Shown: positions 38,305 through 48,498, numbered from the stretch's first letter. The stretch is DNA of 64,000 nucleotides from Verrucomicrobiota bacterium (GCA_021733945.1 JAIPJX010000005.1:12034-76033); one strand, 5' to 3'. Program-made: numbers and translations. Notes: generated from the letters alone by a model not told the origin.

Positions 38305-38802
38305 GTGTCCCATCTGAACAAGATCATGGCGGGGTCGGCGATTCTTGTTCTGTTTCTGGATCAAATCACCAAACTGGCCGTTCTCAAGTTTCTGGGGTAC
38401 GCGCAGGAACGGGTGGTGATTGATGGTTTCTTCAAGTTTGTACACTGGGGAAATACGGGAGCGGCCTGGAGTCTTTTTCGCGACAACAACGATCTTCTGG
38501 CGATTGTTTCCCTGGTGGCACTGCTGGTGCTTTTTCTAAGCCGCCGCTATTTTGATTCCGGGACCGTGTTGGGAAGGATTGCACTGGGCCTGTTGTTTGG
38601 AGGGATCACGGGAAATTTGATTGATCGGTTGATGATGAGCCGGCGGCATGTCATCGATTTCGTTTATTTTTATTTGAACCGTCGGGACGGCAGCGAGCTC
38701 GGGTTTCCGGCCTTCAATGTAGCCGACAGTGCGATCTGTGTCGGGGTGGGGCTGCTCTTTTTGATGTCCTGGAAGAGCGAACAAAGACGCGGCGCGGCCT
38801 AG
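38305..38802 (+). CDS. lspA: Lipoprotein signal peptidase II
   Basis: DQITK, NTGAAWS, GNLIDR and FNVADS are the LspA motifs. The start is GTG, preceded by GGAG. Confidence 0.9.
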   Translation: MSHLNKIMAGSAILVLFLDQITKLAVLKFLGYAQERVVIDGFFKFVHWGNTGAAWSLFRDNNDLLAIVSLVALLVLFLSRRYFDSGTVLGRIALGLLFGGITGNLIDRLMMSRRHVIDFVYFYLNRRDGSELGFPAFNVADSAICVGVGLLFLMSWKSEQRRGAA

Positions 38803-38881
38803 GCGGAAGGCGGTTCCGTAAGAAGGTCGACGGATGGAGCCAGAAGCATTCGGCGTCCGTAAAATCGAATGGTTTCGGAAG

Positions 38882-39844
38882 ATGAGTCGGCAAGCGATCT
38901 ATATCGGAGGAGCCACAGCGAGCGGAAAGAGCAGGATAGCACTGTTGGTTGCGGAGCGTCTGGGCGGTGAGATCATCTCGGTGGATTCAATGCAGGTCTA
39001 CCGGGGAATGGACATCGGAACCGCCAAACCCAGCGAGGAGGACCGCCGTCGGATTCGACATCACGTGATCGACATTGTCGATGTGGATGATCCTTTTGAC
39101 GTGGCCCGGTTCATACGGGAGGCAGAACGTGCGAGGCTCGAGATCGAGGGGAGAGGATCCGCAGCGATTTTTTGCGGAGGAACCGGACTTTATTATCAAG
39201 CGTATCTGGAAGGGTTGGGAGAGTCTCCCGGCCATGATTTGAGGTTGAGAGAGGTGTTGGAGCAGCTTTCCGTGGAGGAGCTGAACGAGGAGTTGGAGAG
39301 AACGGACCCGAAGATGGCGGGACGGATTGACCGGCAAAACAAACGGCGCCTCGTCCGTGCCGTGGAGGTGATTCGTTTAACAGGAAAGCCGTTCTCGGAA
39401 CAACGTGCGCGGTGGACCGGGAGGTCACGCAGTGAGGGGGGCGAATCTCTGAAAACAGGGGGCCAGCTGCTGGGCATTCGGCGCGGACGCGAGGAGCTTG
39501 TCGGGAGGATTGAGAACCGTGTGGACCTGATGTTCGAGCAGGGTCTGGTTGAGGAGACCCGTGTCCTGATGGGGAAGGGATTGACGAGCAATCCGAATGC
39601 ACTGCAGGCGATTGGTTACCGACAGGTGGTGGACCATCTGACCCAGGGAATTTCACTTGAGGCGACGAAGGAAAAGGTGAAGGCACGCACCCGTGTGTAT
39701 GCGAAGAGACAAATGACCTGGCTGCGAAAACAGAATGGTGTTCGGTGGGTCGATCTGTCGGGAGACGATACGACGGAAGAGACGGCCGAAGAAATAGCGG
39801 CCGTTTATCGTGCGGCGGAGAGGGTGAGGGATGGTTCCGGTTGA
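38882..39844 (+). CDS. miaA: tRNA dimethylallyltransferase
   Basis: IGGATASGKS is a P-loop. ISVDSMQVYRGMDIGTAKPS is the MiaA signature. The ATG at 38882 is preferred. Confidence 0.9.
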   Translation: MSRQAIYIGGATASGKSRIALLVAERLGGEIISVDSMQVYRGMDIGTAKPSEEDRRRIRHHVIDIVDVDDPFDVARFIREAERARLEIEGRGSAAIFCGGTGLYYQAYLEGLGESPGHDLRLREVLEQLSVEELNEELERTDPKMAGRIDRQNKRRLVRAVEVIRLTGKPFSEQRARWTGRSRSEGGESLKTGGQLLGIRRGREELVGRIENRVDLMFEQGLVEETRVLMGKGLTSNPNALQAIGYRQVVDHLTQGISLEATKEKVKARTRVYAKRQMTWLRKQNGVRWVDLSGDDTTEETAEEIAAVYRAAERVRDGSG

Positions 39845-39908
39845 AATGAAATTCATGCAGAACAGGGTGTTCCTGTTGTTTTAGTGAATCCGAGTGTAGA
39901 CTGGCATC

Positions 39909-40380
39909 ATGAAAACGCGTCTCAGCCATCCGGTTGGATTATTCGTTCCTGTTGTGTCGTGCCTGCTGGCGTTGTCGGCGTTCGCATTCCGAACCGGGTG
40001 CCGGAGTGGCAGAAGGATTTGAACGACGCGGAGTTGAAAGAGGTGTTGGAGCAGCGGGCGCGTGATGTGAGCCGGAGGTATCGGGGACGGTTCGCGGAGT
40101 ACGATTTGAACAACGAAATGATGCACGCGCATTATTATCAGGAACGGCTCGGTCCGGGTGTTCCCGCCGACATGGCCGGGTGGGTGAAATCGGAGGATCC
40201 CGATGCGGTGTTTTGGTGTTCGGGAGATGGTGGAGCCAGAGCGATGGGCGGACTGATTCGGAGGGCAGGCTTGAAGTTTCGGCTTTTTACGGGAGGCATC
40301 GGGTGAGCGCCGGCGGAAAGTCGGTCGTGGTCGAACTGAAACGATCCGAGGGGAGAACGACGATTCGGCTGGGCGATTGA
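39909..40380 (+). pseudogene. Decayed glycoside hydrolase family 10 (endo-xylanase-like) gene remnant
   Basis: Three frames carry consecutive pieces. A signal peptide (MKTRLSHPVGLFVPVVSCLLALSAFA) starts at 39909. A GH10-like mid-section (LKEVLEQRARDVSRRYRGRFAEYDLNNEMMH..YYQERLG...DPDA) lies in the 39884 frame. A C-terminal beta-sandwich-like piece (TDSEGRLEVSAFYGRHRVSAGGKSVVVELKR) lies in the 40180 frame. Total length is far below an intact GH10. Confidence 0.5.
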
Positions 40381-40383
40381 TCA

Positions 40384-41211
40384 ATGATGAAAATGGAGAC
40401 GCTTTTTCCGGATGAAGATTATCGGTTTCATCTTCGATTGGAGCGTGGAACGGTGCGTGGTTTTTTTGAGTCAGGAGAGGGTTTGTCCGAGCGGCTCGCC
40501 GAGCGGAGGCGATGGTTGAGTGCGGTGCCTGGGCGGCATGCGGCGATGCTGCCTGAGGCGACACCGATGTTGGACGAGCTGGTGGAATTGTGCGCGGAGG
40601 CAAAAGGTCTCGACGCGGGCGGTCTGGCAAAAGTCAGGCGCGGTGGGACCCCCCTGGATCGTTGCCTGGAGCTGGGCTCGCGGTGGGAGCCGGATTTTCT
40701 GTTGTTGAAGGCGGAATCGGACGGTGGATTCCGGCTGAGAGGAGGCTGTGTGTGTTTTCCCTCCTCATGGAGTCTGATTCCAAAGATGGGGCGGTCGGTC
40801 TCAGGGATCCACGAAGTGGTGCCGGGTTTGAACCCGGCCTTGGAGGGTAGTATCGACCGGTTTCTTCACCGTCTGAAACCAGGCGGTTCGTGGGAGCGCT
40901 ACAATTGGGGTCTCAGCCGTTCGGCGGAGTTGAACCAGGATCCTGGCCGGAAGCTGCCCCGCCTGGATTCAGGCGTCGGTTTGGAGGAGATTTGGTTGCG
41001 CATTGAGCATCAGGCGTTCGTGACCCTGCCGCGGAGCGGGGGTGTGCTGTTTGCGATTCGAATGATTGTTCGACCGCTTCAGGAGGTTCGGAGGGAGCCG
41101 AAGGTCGCTGGGCCTCTGGCGCGGGCCCTGCGGACCATGCCGGAGGCCCTGGCCGAGTACAAGGGATTTGCAGGTGCGCGGGGCAGGATTCTGGATTTGA
41201 TGGAAGCCTGA
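40384..41211 (+). CDS. DUF3445 domain protein (heme-dependent oxidative N-demethylase alpha-like)
   Basis: 275 aa. The WEPDFLLL...GGCVCFPSSWSL..K.G.....IH..VP and ERYNWGL pattern recalls DUF3445. Confidence 0.6.
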   Translation: MMKMETLFPDEDYRFHLRLERGTVRGFFESGEGLSERLAERRRWLSAVPGRHAAMLPEATPMLDELVELCAEAKGLDAGGLAKVRRGGTPLDRCLELGSRWEPDFLLLKAESDGGFRLRGGCVCFPSSWSLIPKMGRSVSGIHEVVPGLNPALEGSIDRFLHRLKPGGSWERYNWGLSRSAELNQDPGRKLPRLDSGVGLEEIWLRIEHQAFVTLPRSGGVLFAIRMIVRPLQEVRREPKVAGPLARALRTMPEALAEYKGFAGARGRILDLMEA

Positions 41212-41235
41212 CGGCTTGAAATGGGGGTTGGGTCG

Positions 41236-43374
41236 CTATGGCGTGTCGAGGCATCTTCGCACCGCCCGGATGAGCGTATCGGCGCGGTATGGTTTCTGGA
41301 GGTAGGACAATCCGTCGATGAGGCGCATTCCAACACCCAGGACATTGATGCTGTAACCGCTGGTAAAGATGACTTTGAGGTCTTTCTTATCGGCCCGGAG
41401 TTTTTCGGCCAGCTCTTTCCCGGACAAACCGCCGGGCATGACCACGTCCGTCAACAGAAGGTCGAAGTCGGAATTGTGGTTTTTCCAAAGTTCAAGAGCC
41501 TGAATCGCATTGGCGGCTGTGTAGACCTTGAAACCGGCGTCGCGGAGAACATTGCGGGCGAGATCCAGGATGCCTTTTTCGTCTTCGACCGCGAGGATCC
41601 GTTCGCCGGCGCCGACGGCCTGCCTGGGTGTGGCGTTCTGGGCATCGGATTCGGTGACTTCCTCTGCACCGGCCGGAAGAAAGATTGTGAAGGTGGAGCC
41701 TTGGTTTGGAACACTGGCGACCTCGATCCATCCGTTGTGTTGTTTGACGATCCCGTAGACCATTGCGAGGCCCATTCCCGTGCCCTTGCCGAACTCCTTG
41801 GTGGTGTAGAAGGGTTCAAACACCCGACTCAGAACTTCGGGGGGCATTCCGCATCCGGAATCAATCACGCTCAGGCTGACGAATGTGCCGATCAAAGCTT
41901 CGGGGTTTTGTTTGGCGTAGGATTCGTCAACCTCCAACGTGGAAGTCTCGACAACCAGATCACCGCCACGGGGCATGGCATCCCGCGCATTCAGGACGAG
42001 GTTCATGACGATTTGCTCGACGCTTGCCGCGTCGGCGATCACACAGGGGAGCAGCCCCCGGCTGCGAATCGTCAGGTGGACATCGTCACCAATCAAACGG
42101 TCGAGCATGCTGGTCAGCTGTTCGATCAGATGCTGAAGGTCCAGCGGTTTGGGCTGGAGCATTTGTTTGCGACTGAAGGCGAGCAGTTGCTGGGTCAGGG
42201 TGGCCGCTCGTTTTGAAGCGTTTAGAATTTCGGTCAGCGAATTGCGAATTTCCGAAGGAATGCTCAGATCACTGAGGGTGAGGCTGCTGTATCCCTGGAT
42301 GATGGTGAGGACGTTGTTGAAGTCGTGTGCGATTCCTGCGGCGAGTTTGCCGACGGCTTCCATTTTTTGGGCGTGCCGCAGCTGGTTCTCCAGGTGTCTG
42401 TGTTCGGAGATGTCCTGCGCAATGGCCAGGACGTGGGGTTTGTTGCCGATGGAAAAATGCTCCAGGGAAAGGAGGGTCTCCCGAACGACGCCTGACTTGG
42501 TCCGGAGCTTGCATTCAAAGTTTTTCACCGAGCCGATCGCGGACATCGTCTGGAGAAGTTTTTCGTGCTCCTGGGTGTCGGCCCAGAGGGCGATTTGTTT
42601 TGGTGTCTGTCCGATGACCTCCTCGCGCGAATACCCGGTCATCTTCAGGAAATGTTCGTTGACATCGACGTAGAGGTCCTCGTCGAGGGTGAGGATGCTC
42701 ATTGGGAAGGGACTGGCACGGAAGGCGCGTGAGAAGAGCTCCTCGGAAACGCGCAGGGCTTGCTCGGTCTGCCTATGGGCTTCGTTCTCAGCTTTGAGAC
42801 ACAGGTTGACCGACTCGAGTTCCGAGGTGCGCCGGCGCACCCGGTCCTCAAGATGGCTCAGTTTTTGGTGTACTTCCTGAGTCAGATACCATTTTTTGGT
42901 GAATGCATGGGCCAGTTGCAGCACCTCGATGTTGTCGAATGGCTTCTTAAGAATTACCAGATTGTCGGTTCGCCCCATCGTGCGGTCGATTTCATCCCAC
43001 GAATAGTCGGAGTACGCGGTGCAGATGACGACTTGAAGGTCCGGGTCGATCTGCCATATTCTCGAAGCTGTTTCGACGCCATCCCATCCGGGAGGCATGC
43101 GTACATCGATGAATGCCATCGCAAACCGTTGCTCCGTTTCGAGACTTTTTCTGACGAGTTCCAAGCCTTCCTTTCCTTGAAAGGCTGATTCAATGCGGAA
43201 TTGGATGGGGGTGGCCTTGCCGGCGGGTTCGTCGAAGAGGACCGCTTCGGCCGCAGCCAGTTCGGCAGCCATTGCGCTGACCGGGTTGAGGATCTTGCGG
43301 AAATCATCGTGGATTGCCGGATTGTCATCAACAACCAGAATCCGATCGTTTCGGCCGAGTGGGTTCGAATTCAT
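41236..43374 (-). CDS. Hybrid sensor histidine kinase with N- and C-terminal receiver domains and PAS domain
   Basis: N-terminal REC (ILVVDDNPAIH...FIDVRMP), coiled coil, PAS, HisKA (AAGIAHDFNN), HATPase (GMGLAMVYGIV) and a C-terminal REC (ILAVEDE...LLLTDVVMPG). Confidence 0.88.
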   Translation of the reverse strand: MNSNPLGRNDRILVVDDNPAIHDDFRKILNPVSAMAAELAAAEAVLFDEPAGKATPIQFRIESAFQGKEGLELVRKSLETEQRFAMAFIDVRMPPGWDGVETASRIWQIDPDLQVVICTAYSDYSWDEIDRTMGRTDNLVILKKPFDNIEVLQLAHAFTKKWYLTQEVHQKLSHLEDRVRRRTSELESVNLCLKAENEAHRQTEQALRVSEELFSRAFRASPFPMSILTLDEDLYVDVNEHFLKMTGYSREEVIGQTPKQIALWADTQEHEKLLQTMSAIGSVKNFECKLRTKSGVVRETLLSLEHFSIGNKPHVLAIAQDISEHRHLENQLRHAQKMEAVGKLAAGIAHDFNNVLTIIQGYSSLTLSDLSIPSEIRNSLTEILNASKRAATLTQQLLAFSRKQMLQPKPLDLQHLIEQLTSMLDRLIGDDVHLTIRSRGLLPCVIADAASVEQIVMNLVLNARDAMPRGGDLVVETSTLEVDESYAKQNPEALIGTFVSLSVIDSGCGMPPEVLSRVFEPFYTTKEFGKGTGMGLAMVYGIVKQHNGWIEVASVPNQGSTFTIFLPAGAEEVTESDAQNATPRQAVGAGERILAVEDEKGILDLARNVLRDAGFKVYTAANAIQALELWKNHNSDFDLLLTDVVMPGGLSGKELAEKLRADKKDLKVIFTSGYSINVLGVGMRLIDGLSYLQKPYRADTLIRAVRRCLDTP

Positions 43375-44263
43375 GGGTTCGTTTCCGCCGCGATTGAGAG
43401 TGCCCTGCGGTTGGATGTGGCATCGGCCCCAACCGTCCGTTTTTCCCCGTCCGGATCCAGGGGATGGCGGATGAAATGTTCTGGAGACACCGGGTATGAT
43501 CCTTCATCCTTGGGCGATTCAATGCATCTCATAGATCTTCAACCGGATCCCCACGCTCGAGCCTCTCGAACGGAACGTGCGGTCAACAGGTTAAAGCAGG
43601 GAATGTTCCAACCTGATCCGCGAATGATGTTCGGAGGCGCATCCGCCGTTGGATCCCGGTGTGGATCCGCGGATTGCGCCACCCGATGGATCCTCAGAAT
43701 TGTCCCCCAGCTTGGCTCGGACGTCAATAGGCAGTCTGGAGGATTTTCCGTTGGCGCGGGCCTCCGAACGAAGGGTGCGAGGGAAAGGGCGCGGTTTCCG
43801 GATGCGGCCGATGGTCGGGATGGTTTGGGCTCCTTCACCTGGTGGTATCGGGGATTTTGTTATCCGATGGGAGGATCGGCAAGGAATTGGGGATTCGTGG
43901 TGGTCGGGATCGAATGATTTGGCGTGTATCGTGCGATGCCGTGAGCCTATGGGAGGAAATGACGGGAGGCAAGTATAAGTAGCACTCGGACCCACTTCGA
44001 TGGTGTTCCGGCGGCCGAGGTTCGGTTTTTGTTCGCGCCGTTGCTTGGGGGGGACGGTTGGATCGGCTCCTGAGGGAGTGGCCGGGAATCGGAAGTTCAG
44101 TAAAGATGAGGCCGTGTAAGATTTTTTTTTTGAGAGCAGCGCCCTTTCGATTTTCGGGGGGCGTTGGCGAATCCAGACGAATGGAAAATGGTTTCGTTAA
44201 GACAAAGGTGTTACATTCTGGGACACTTCGGAGGTGCGGTGGAGGCGGAGGACGGATGAGGAC

Positions 44264-44308
44264 AAAAAAAACCGGGTTTCCCAGTCAGAGGGTGACCGAG
44301 AAACCCGG
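44264..44308 (-). terminator. Strong orphan intrinsic terminator (minus strand) in the 1.2-kb non-coding gap
   Basis: CCGGGTTTC...GAAACCCGG stem. On the minus strand it is followed by T8. On the plus strand only GGAGTTTT follows. There is no annotated gene upstream on the minus strand. Confidence 0.65.
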
Positions 44309-44607
44309 GGAGTTTTCAGAATAAGTACAACTGAGGTTTAGGGGGAATAATCGAATGGGCCTGTACCAAGCAACACTCGAAATCTTAAATCAAAGAACAA
44401 ACGGCACAGCAACCGTTACCAACATGTGCTAAACCTGAGGCAGCATCGCAGGACGGTAATGGAACGGCAAGGGGAAAAAATATATATTTGCTGTTTTTTT
44501 TTTCGAGGGAATCCCGGCTTGGAGTCGGCTTTGAGACCGCAGGTTCCGGATCGTTGAGTTTCCTCTTTACACACCGGCATGCCGGGTTAGTATCGCCTCG
44601 AATATAG

Positions 44608-44955
<348 letters not shown>

Positions 44956-45140
44956 GCGTGCGGCTGTCGGGGTATTTGATACGTTTCGGCGCGTGAGAGT
45001 CAGCTGTTCGTGTCTCTGGAGGTTTTCCAGGCGAATGATGGATTAGGACGGTCTCAGAGTGATTCTTATTTTCGGGGGCCAGCACTCCCGGTTCAACCGG
45101 AAGAGGCCTGAAATCAGGGTTTTTCCGATCAAAAAGCGGT

Positions 45141-45170
45141 TGTGAATAAGATGGGAATAACTGTTAATAT
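45141..45170 (+). promoter_or_regulatory. Three phased DnaA-box-like repeats (TGTGAATAA, TGGGAATAA, TGTTAATAT) at 10-11 nt spacing
   Basis: Repeats start at 45141, 45152 and 45162, in an AT-rich patch of the glnB-dnaA intergenic region. Confidence 0.45.
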
Positions 45171-45428
45171 GTTGTCCTAGCCATGCAGCGCGGATTTGAA
45201 TAGAAATGCTACCGCCGCATGAAACGCGCAAGACACATCCTGAGGGGCCCTTTTACAAGCTGATCGCCTCGGGCGGTTTGTTCGTAAACTATTGTTCAGC
45301 AAATGATTAAGCGTTTTCCGAGAACTCTGGCATTGTCCTGGAACGGGATTTTTGTTTAATTCCATGGTGTTGACCAGAGCGATGCCAAAGAAATTCAGAC
45401 CAGCGGTATGCAGCCGCGAAACCTGTGC

Positions 45429-45437
45429 GGTGAATAA
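45429..45437 (+). promoter_or_regulatory. DnaA-box-like GGTGAATAA, 36 nt upstream of the dnaA ATG
   Basis: Shares the GTGAATAA core with the 45141 and 37089 boxes. Confidence 0.35.
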
Positions 45438-45472
45438 CATTCAGAAGATTGGGTAATTGTCCATTGGTCCTT

Positions 45473-46813
45473 ATGCATAAACCGGTTCAAGAAGTCTGGT
45501 CTGCGGCGCAGTTGAAGCTCCGGGCTTTGCTGAATCCAGATATCTACAATCTTTGGTTCGCGCCCATCAAGGCGGTTTCGCACGAGGAACATTCGATCTG
45601 CCTGTGTGTGGCGAACGATTTTTGTGAGCTGTGGTTGAAGGACAACTATCTGGGATTGCTTCAGGACGTGCTGAGCCAGGCGGCGGGTGTGCCGCTGCAG
45701 GTGGTGTTTCGCATTGGGAATGAGTCCGAACCGGTGGTGGCTCCAAGCGTTGCGGTGAGCTCGCCGGTTGAACGCACCGTGGTGAAGGGGGAGAACCTGT
45801 TCAACCCGAAGAACACGTTTGAGACGTTTGTTGTCGGGAGCAACAACAATTTTTCGCATGCCGCCGCGTTGGCTGTGGCGCAGTCGCCCGGCAAATCATA
45901 CAATCCGCTCTTCCTGTACGGAGGGGTGGGTCTTGGCAAAACCCATTTGCTGCATGCCATTGGGCAGTATGTCGCGACGCACAAGAAGGGCGCGCGGGTT
46001 GCGTATGTTTCGTCGGAGAAGTTCACCAATGAATACATCGACGCCATTCAGAACAACCAGTTGGTTCGGTTTCGGAAAAAATACAGACAGTCCGAGGTTC
46101 TTCTGATCGATGACATCCAATTTCTCTCCGGCAAGGAACGGATTCAGGAGGAGTTTTTCCATACGTTTAATGCGCTGCACGAGGCGCACCGGCAGATCGT
46201 ACTGACCTGTGACCGACCTGCGGGCGAGATCAAGAATCTTGAGCAGAGGTTGGTGTCCCGGTTTGAGTGGGGTTTGGTAACGGACCTGCAGCCGCCGGAT
46301 GTCGAAACGCGGATGGCGATCCTGCGCAAGAAGGAGAAATCGATGGGGGTCAAGTTGCCTGATCCGGTCATTGATTTCCTGGCGAATCGCATTCGATCCA
46401 ACATCCGTCGCCTTGAGGGCGCGTTGATCCGGGTGGCCTCCTATGCCTCACTGACCGGCAAGGAGCTTTCCATCGAGAAGATCGAAGCGTTGTTGCACGA
46501 TGTGCTTCATGAAGAGGGTCGCTTTTCGATCAACATCGAGGCGATCCAAAAGAAGGTGGCTGAACATTTTGATATTCGGCTGGCGGACATGACCAGCAAG
46601 CGGCGTCCGGAGAACATTGCGTTTCCAAGACAGGTGGCGATGTTTCTTTCCCGGCAGCTGACGGACAGTTCCCTCAATACGATCGGAGAGGCGTTTGGTG
46701 GCCGTGATCACGGCACTGTCCTGCACGCCTGTCGACTGGTGCGGGACCGTATGGAGATCGACTCTACGGTTCGGCAGGCGGTCACGTATCTGGAAAAGCA
46801 CCTTCAACGCTGA
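45473..46813 (+). CDS. dnaA: Chromosomal replication initiator protein DnaA
   Basis: The ATG at 45473 gives MHKPVQEVWSAAQLKL.... AAA+ domain (LFLYGGVGLGKTHLLHAIG, LLIDDIQFL). C-terminal DNA-binding domain (IAFPRQVAMFLSRQLT..SL..IGEAFGGRDHGTVLHA). Confidence 0.95.
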   Translation: MHKPVQEVWSAAQLKLRALLNPDIYNLWFAPIKAVSHEEHSICLCVANDFCELWLKDNYLGLLQDVLSQAAGVPLQVVFRIGNESEPVVAPSVAVSSPVERTVVKGENLFNPKNTFETFVVGSNNNFSHAAALAVAQSPGKSYNPLFLYGGVGLGKTHLLHAIGQYVATHKKGARVAYVSSEKFTNEYIDAIQNNQLVRFRKKYRQSEVLLIDDIQFLSGKERIQEEFFHTFNALHEAHRQIVLTCDRPAGEIKNLEQRLVSRFEWGLVTDLQPPDVETRMAILRKKEKSMGVKLPDPVIDFLANRIRSNIRRLEGALIRVASYASLTGKELSIEKIEALLHDVLHEEGRFSINIEAIQKKVAEHFDIRLADMTSKRRPENIAFPRQVAMFLSRQLTDSSLNTIGEAFGGRDHGTVLHACRLVRDRMEIDSTVRQAVTYLEKHLQR

Positions 46814-46817
46814 TCGG

Positions 46818-47633
46818 CTATGCGCCGGGCGCTCGCATGGTTCCGTCCGAATCCATGTGGGATTCGGTTATCCATAGGTGGTCTTCGGGTTCGTCGATTC
46901 CGGAAGCTGACTCGTGAAAGCGGGTGAACCAATCGGCTGGCGTTGATTCATACTGGAGCGTTCGGTCCATCCACGGAATTGAGAGACGGACGGCATGGAG
47001 GGCGTGGCAGGGGAGAATCAAGGTCTGTCTTTGGGCTTCGGTCAATCGTTCCTCGACGAACGCGAGGTACAATTCTTCGTCTCCGCCGTAGATCTTGTCG
47101 CCCACGATGGGATGCCCCAGGTGATTCAGGTGAATCCGGATTTGATGTTTGCGTCCTGTTCGGGGGAAGACCCGAAGGAGGGTGAAGGGCCGTTTGGCAC
47201 GCACGAAACGTTGATCGACCAGGAAATCGGTTTGAGCTTCTCCGCCATCGGCCCGAACGCAGTCCTTGATCGCAACACGACTGTGGAGGTCTTTGCCCAG
47301 AGGTAAGTCGATGGTTCCCCCGGCCTGCGATACATGTCCGTGGACGATGGCGAGGTATTCCTTTTTGACGGTATGCGCCTCCCAGATTTTCCGGAGCTGC
47401 ACTGCTCGGGCGCGGTTCTTGGCAATCAGGACAAGGCCTCCGGTCTCTCGATCCAGGCGATTGACGAAGTGCACCTCCGCTTCCGATCCCAAATGGAGCC
47501 GGAGTCTGCCGATGAGGCTTGAGAGGGGTCCCTTTTTGGTGGGATGACAGACGAGACCCGCTGGTTTGTTGACGACGAGTTGATCGGGATCTTCCTCAAC
47601 AATTTGCAGCAGAGGATCGGGGTTAGGTTCCAT
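46818..47633 (-). CDS. RluA-family pseudouridine synthase
   Basis: VVNKPAGLVCHP and HFVNRLDRETGGLVLIAKN hold the catalytic Asp motif. HQIRIHL is also present. Confidence 0.88.
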   Translation of the reverse strand: MEPNPDPLLQIVEEDPDQLVVNKPAGLVCHPTKKGPLSSLIGRLRLHLGSEAEVHFVNRLDRETGGLVLIAKNRARAVQLRKIWEAHTVKKEYLAIVHGHVSQAGGTIDLPLGKDLHSRVAIKDCVRADGGEAQTDFLVDQRFVRAKRPFTLLRVFPRTGRKHQIRIHLNHLGHPIVGDKIYGGDEELYLAFVEERLTEAQRQTLILPCHALHAVRLSIPWMDRTLQYESTPADWFTRFHESASGIDEPEDHLWITESHMDSDGTMRAPGA

Positions 47634-47776
47634 GGTGAATGTCCCGCGGGTGTGTCACGGTCGGGTTGCCGACCGGGGGGGGCAGGTCCGGGTGTCTGTT
47701 TTTGGACGATGCGGACGGGGCACAAATCCGATCAGTCGGCTTGTGTTTTGGTCGGCTTTGGGTATGATGGCTGGCT

Positions 47777-48409
47777 GTGAAAGAGAAACTGAACCTCGGC
47801 TTGCCGATTCTGCTGATGGTTGTATTTGCGGCGACACGGTGGCCTCAATTAATGCCGCCCAATTTCAGTGCGGTGTATGGTCTGGTGTTTTGTGCCGGTG
47901 TCTATTTTCCGGGGAAGCTCGCCTGGTGGCTTCCGATGGTCACTCTGGCGATTACCGATGTTTTGATCAATCTCTATTACCTGTTTGCGTATGACATCAA
48001 TGCCTTCCAGGTGTTTCAGCTTGTTAATTACGCGGTGTATGGAGGTTTGATCTGGTTTGGTCAACGGTTCAGCCGGGAGTCTTCCTCGCTGAAATTGCTT
48101 GGGGGCGGGTTGCTGGGTGCGATTGCGTTTTACCTGATCACCAATACGGCGGCCTGGTTGTTTAATCCGTTTAATAATCCGGAATACACCAAAACGTTCG
48201 CGGGCTGGTTGATCGCGCTGACCAAGGGAACGGCAGGCTGGCCTCAGACATGGGAGCTCTTTCGCAACACGTTCCTGAGTGGTGGCCTGTTCACGGGGCT
48301 CTTTGTGGGGGCGATGAAACTGAGCGAAGCGGCGGAGCGGGCCGAGGATGCGGAGGAGGAGGCGGAGATGGAACCGGATGAGAATTCACCGGAGGAGGTG
48401 CCCGCTTAG
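47777..48409 (+). CDS. Polytopic membrane protein (DUF6580-like, putative transporter component) with acidic C-terminal tail
   Basis: GTG start and 5-6 TM helices. The ATRW.......NFS.V..LVFCAGVYF pattern recalls DUF6580. Confidence 0.5.
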   Translation: MKEKLNLGLPILLMVVFAATRWPQLMPPNFSAVYGLVFCAGVYFPGKLAWWLPMVTLAITDVLINLYYLFAYDINAFQVFQLVNYAVYGGLIWFGQRFSRESSSLKLLGGGLLGAIAFYLITNTAAWLFNPFNNPEYTKTFAGWLIALTKGTAGWPQTWELFRNTFLSGGLFTGLFVGAMKLSEAAERAEDAEEEAEMEPDENSPEEVPA

Positions 48410-48498
48410 TTCAAGATAACAGGTTGTCGTCCGGACGGATGGCATCCTTTGAATCCCGAATACCTGGAGATTGCAGCGTCTCCGGTTCATACGAATTG

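Noticed and set aside
38511-38530. TGGCAC-N5-GTGCT sigma54-promoter-like string, and TGGCAC at about 5011 upstream of pilC
   Set aside because: The first is inside the lspA coding sequence. The second lacks a -12 GC element at the correct spacing.
43361-43371. GGGTTCGAATT, a tRNA T-arm-like string
   Set aside because: It is the reverse complement of the histidine kinase N-terminal codons (MNSNPL). No acceptor or anticodon arms surround it. No tRNA was found anywhere in the window.
43201-43995. ORFs 43201-43917 (+), 43539-43838 (-), 43591-43995 (-), 43649-43978 (+) and 44058-44324 (+) inside the 1.2-kb gap
   Set aside because: Their composition is not protein-like, they overlap one another, and no motifs or plausible starts are present. 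I treated the region as non-coding.
43375-44100. Apparent GATC (GGATC) enrichment suggesting Dam/SeqA-type origin sites
   Set aside because: By eye, about 11 GATC occur in ~730 bp, but coding regions of this window already carry about one per 120 bp. The enrichment is at most about 2-fold and not convincing without a genome-wide count.
46868-46876. TTATCCATA (8/9 to the DnaA box), just downstream of the dnaA stop and inside the RluA-family gene
   Set aside because: Single-mismatch matches to a 9-mer are expected roughly a dozen times per 64 kb on two strands. This one is an isolated hit in coding DNA.
47634-47776. Possible riboswitch upstream of the DUF6580-like membrane protein (hairpin CGGTCGG/CCGACCG, direct repeat GTCGGCTT x2)
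   Set aside because: No B12-box, preQ1 or other riboswitch core that I know is present. The structures are short and generic.
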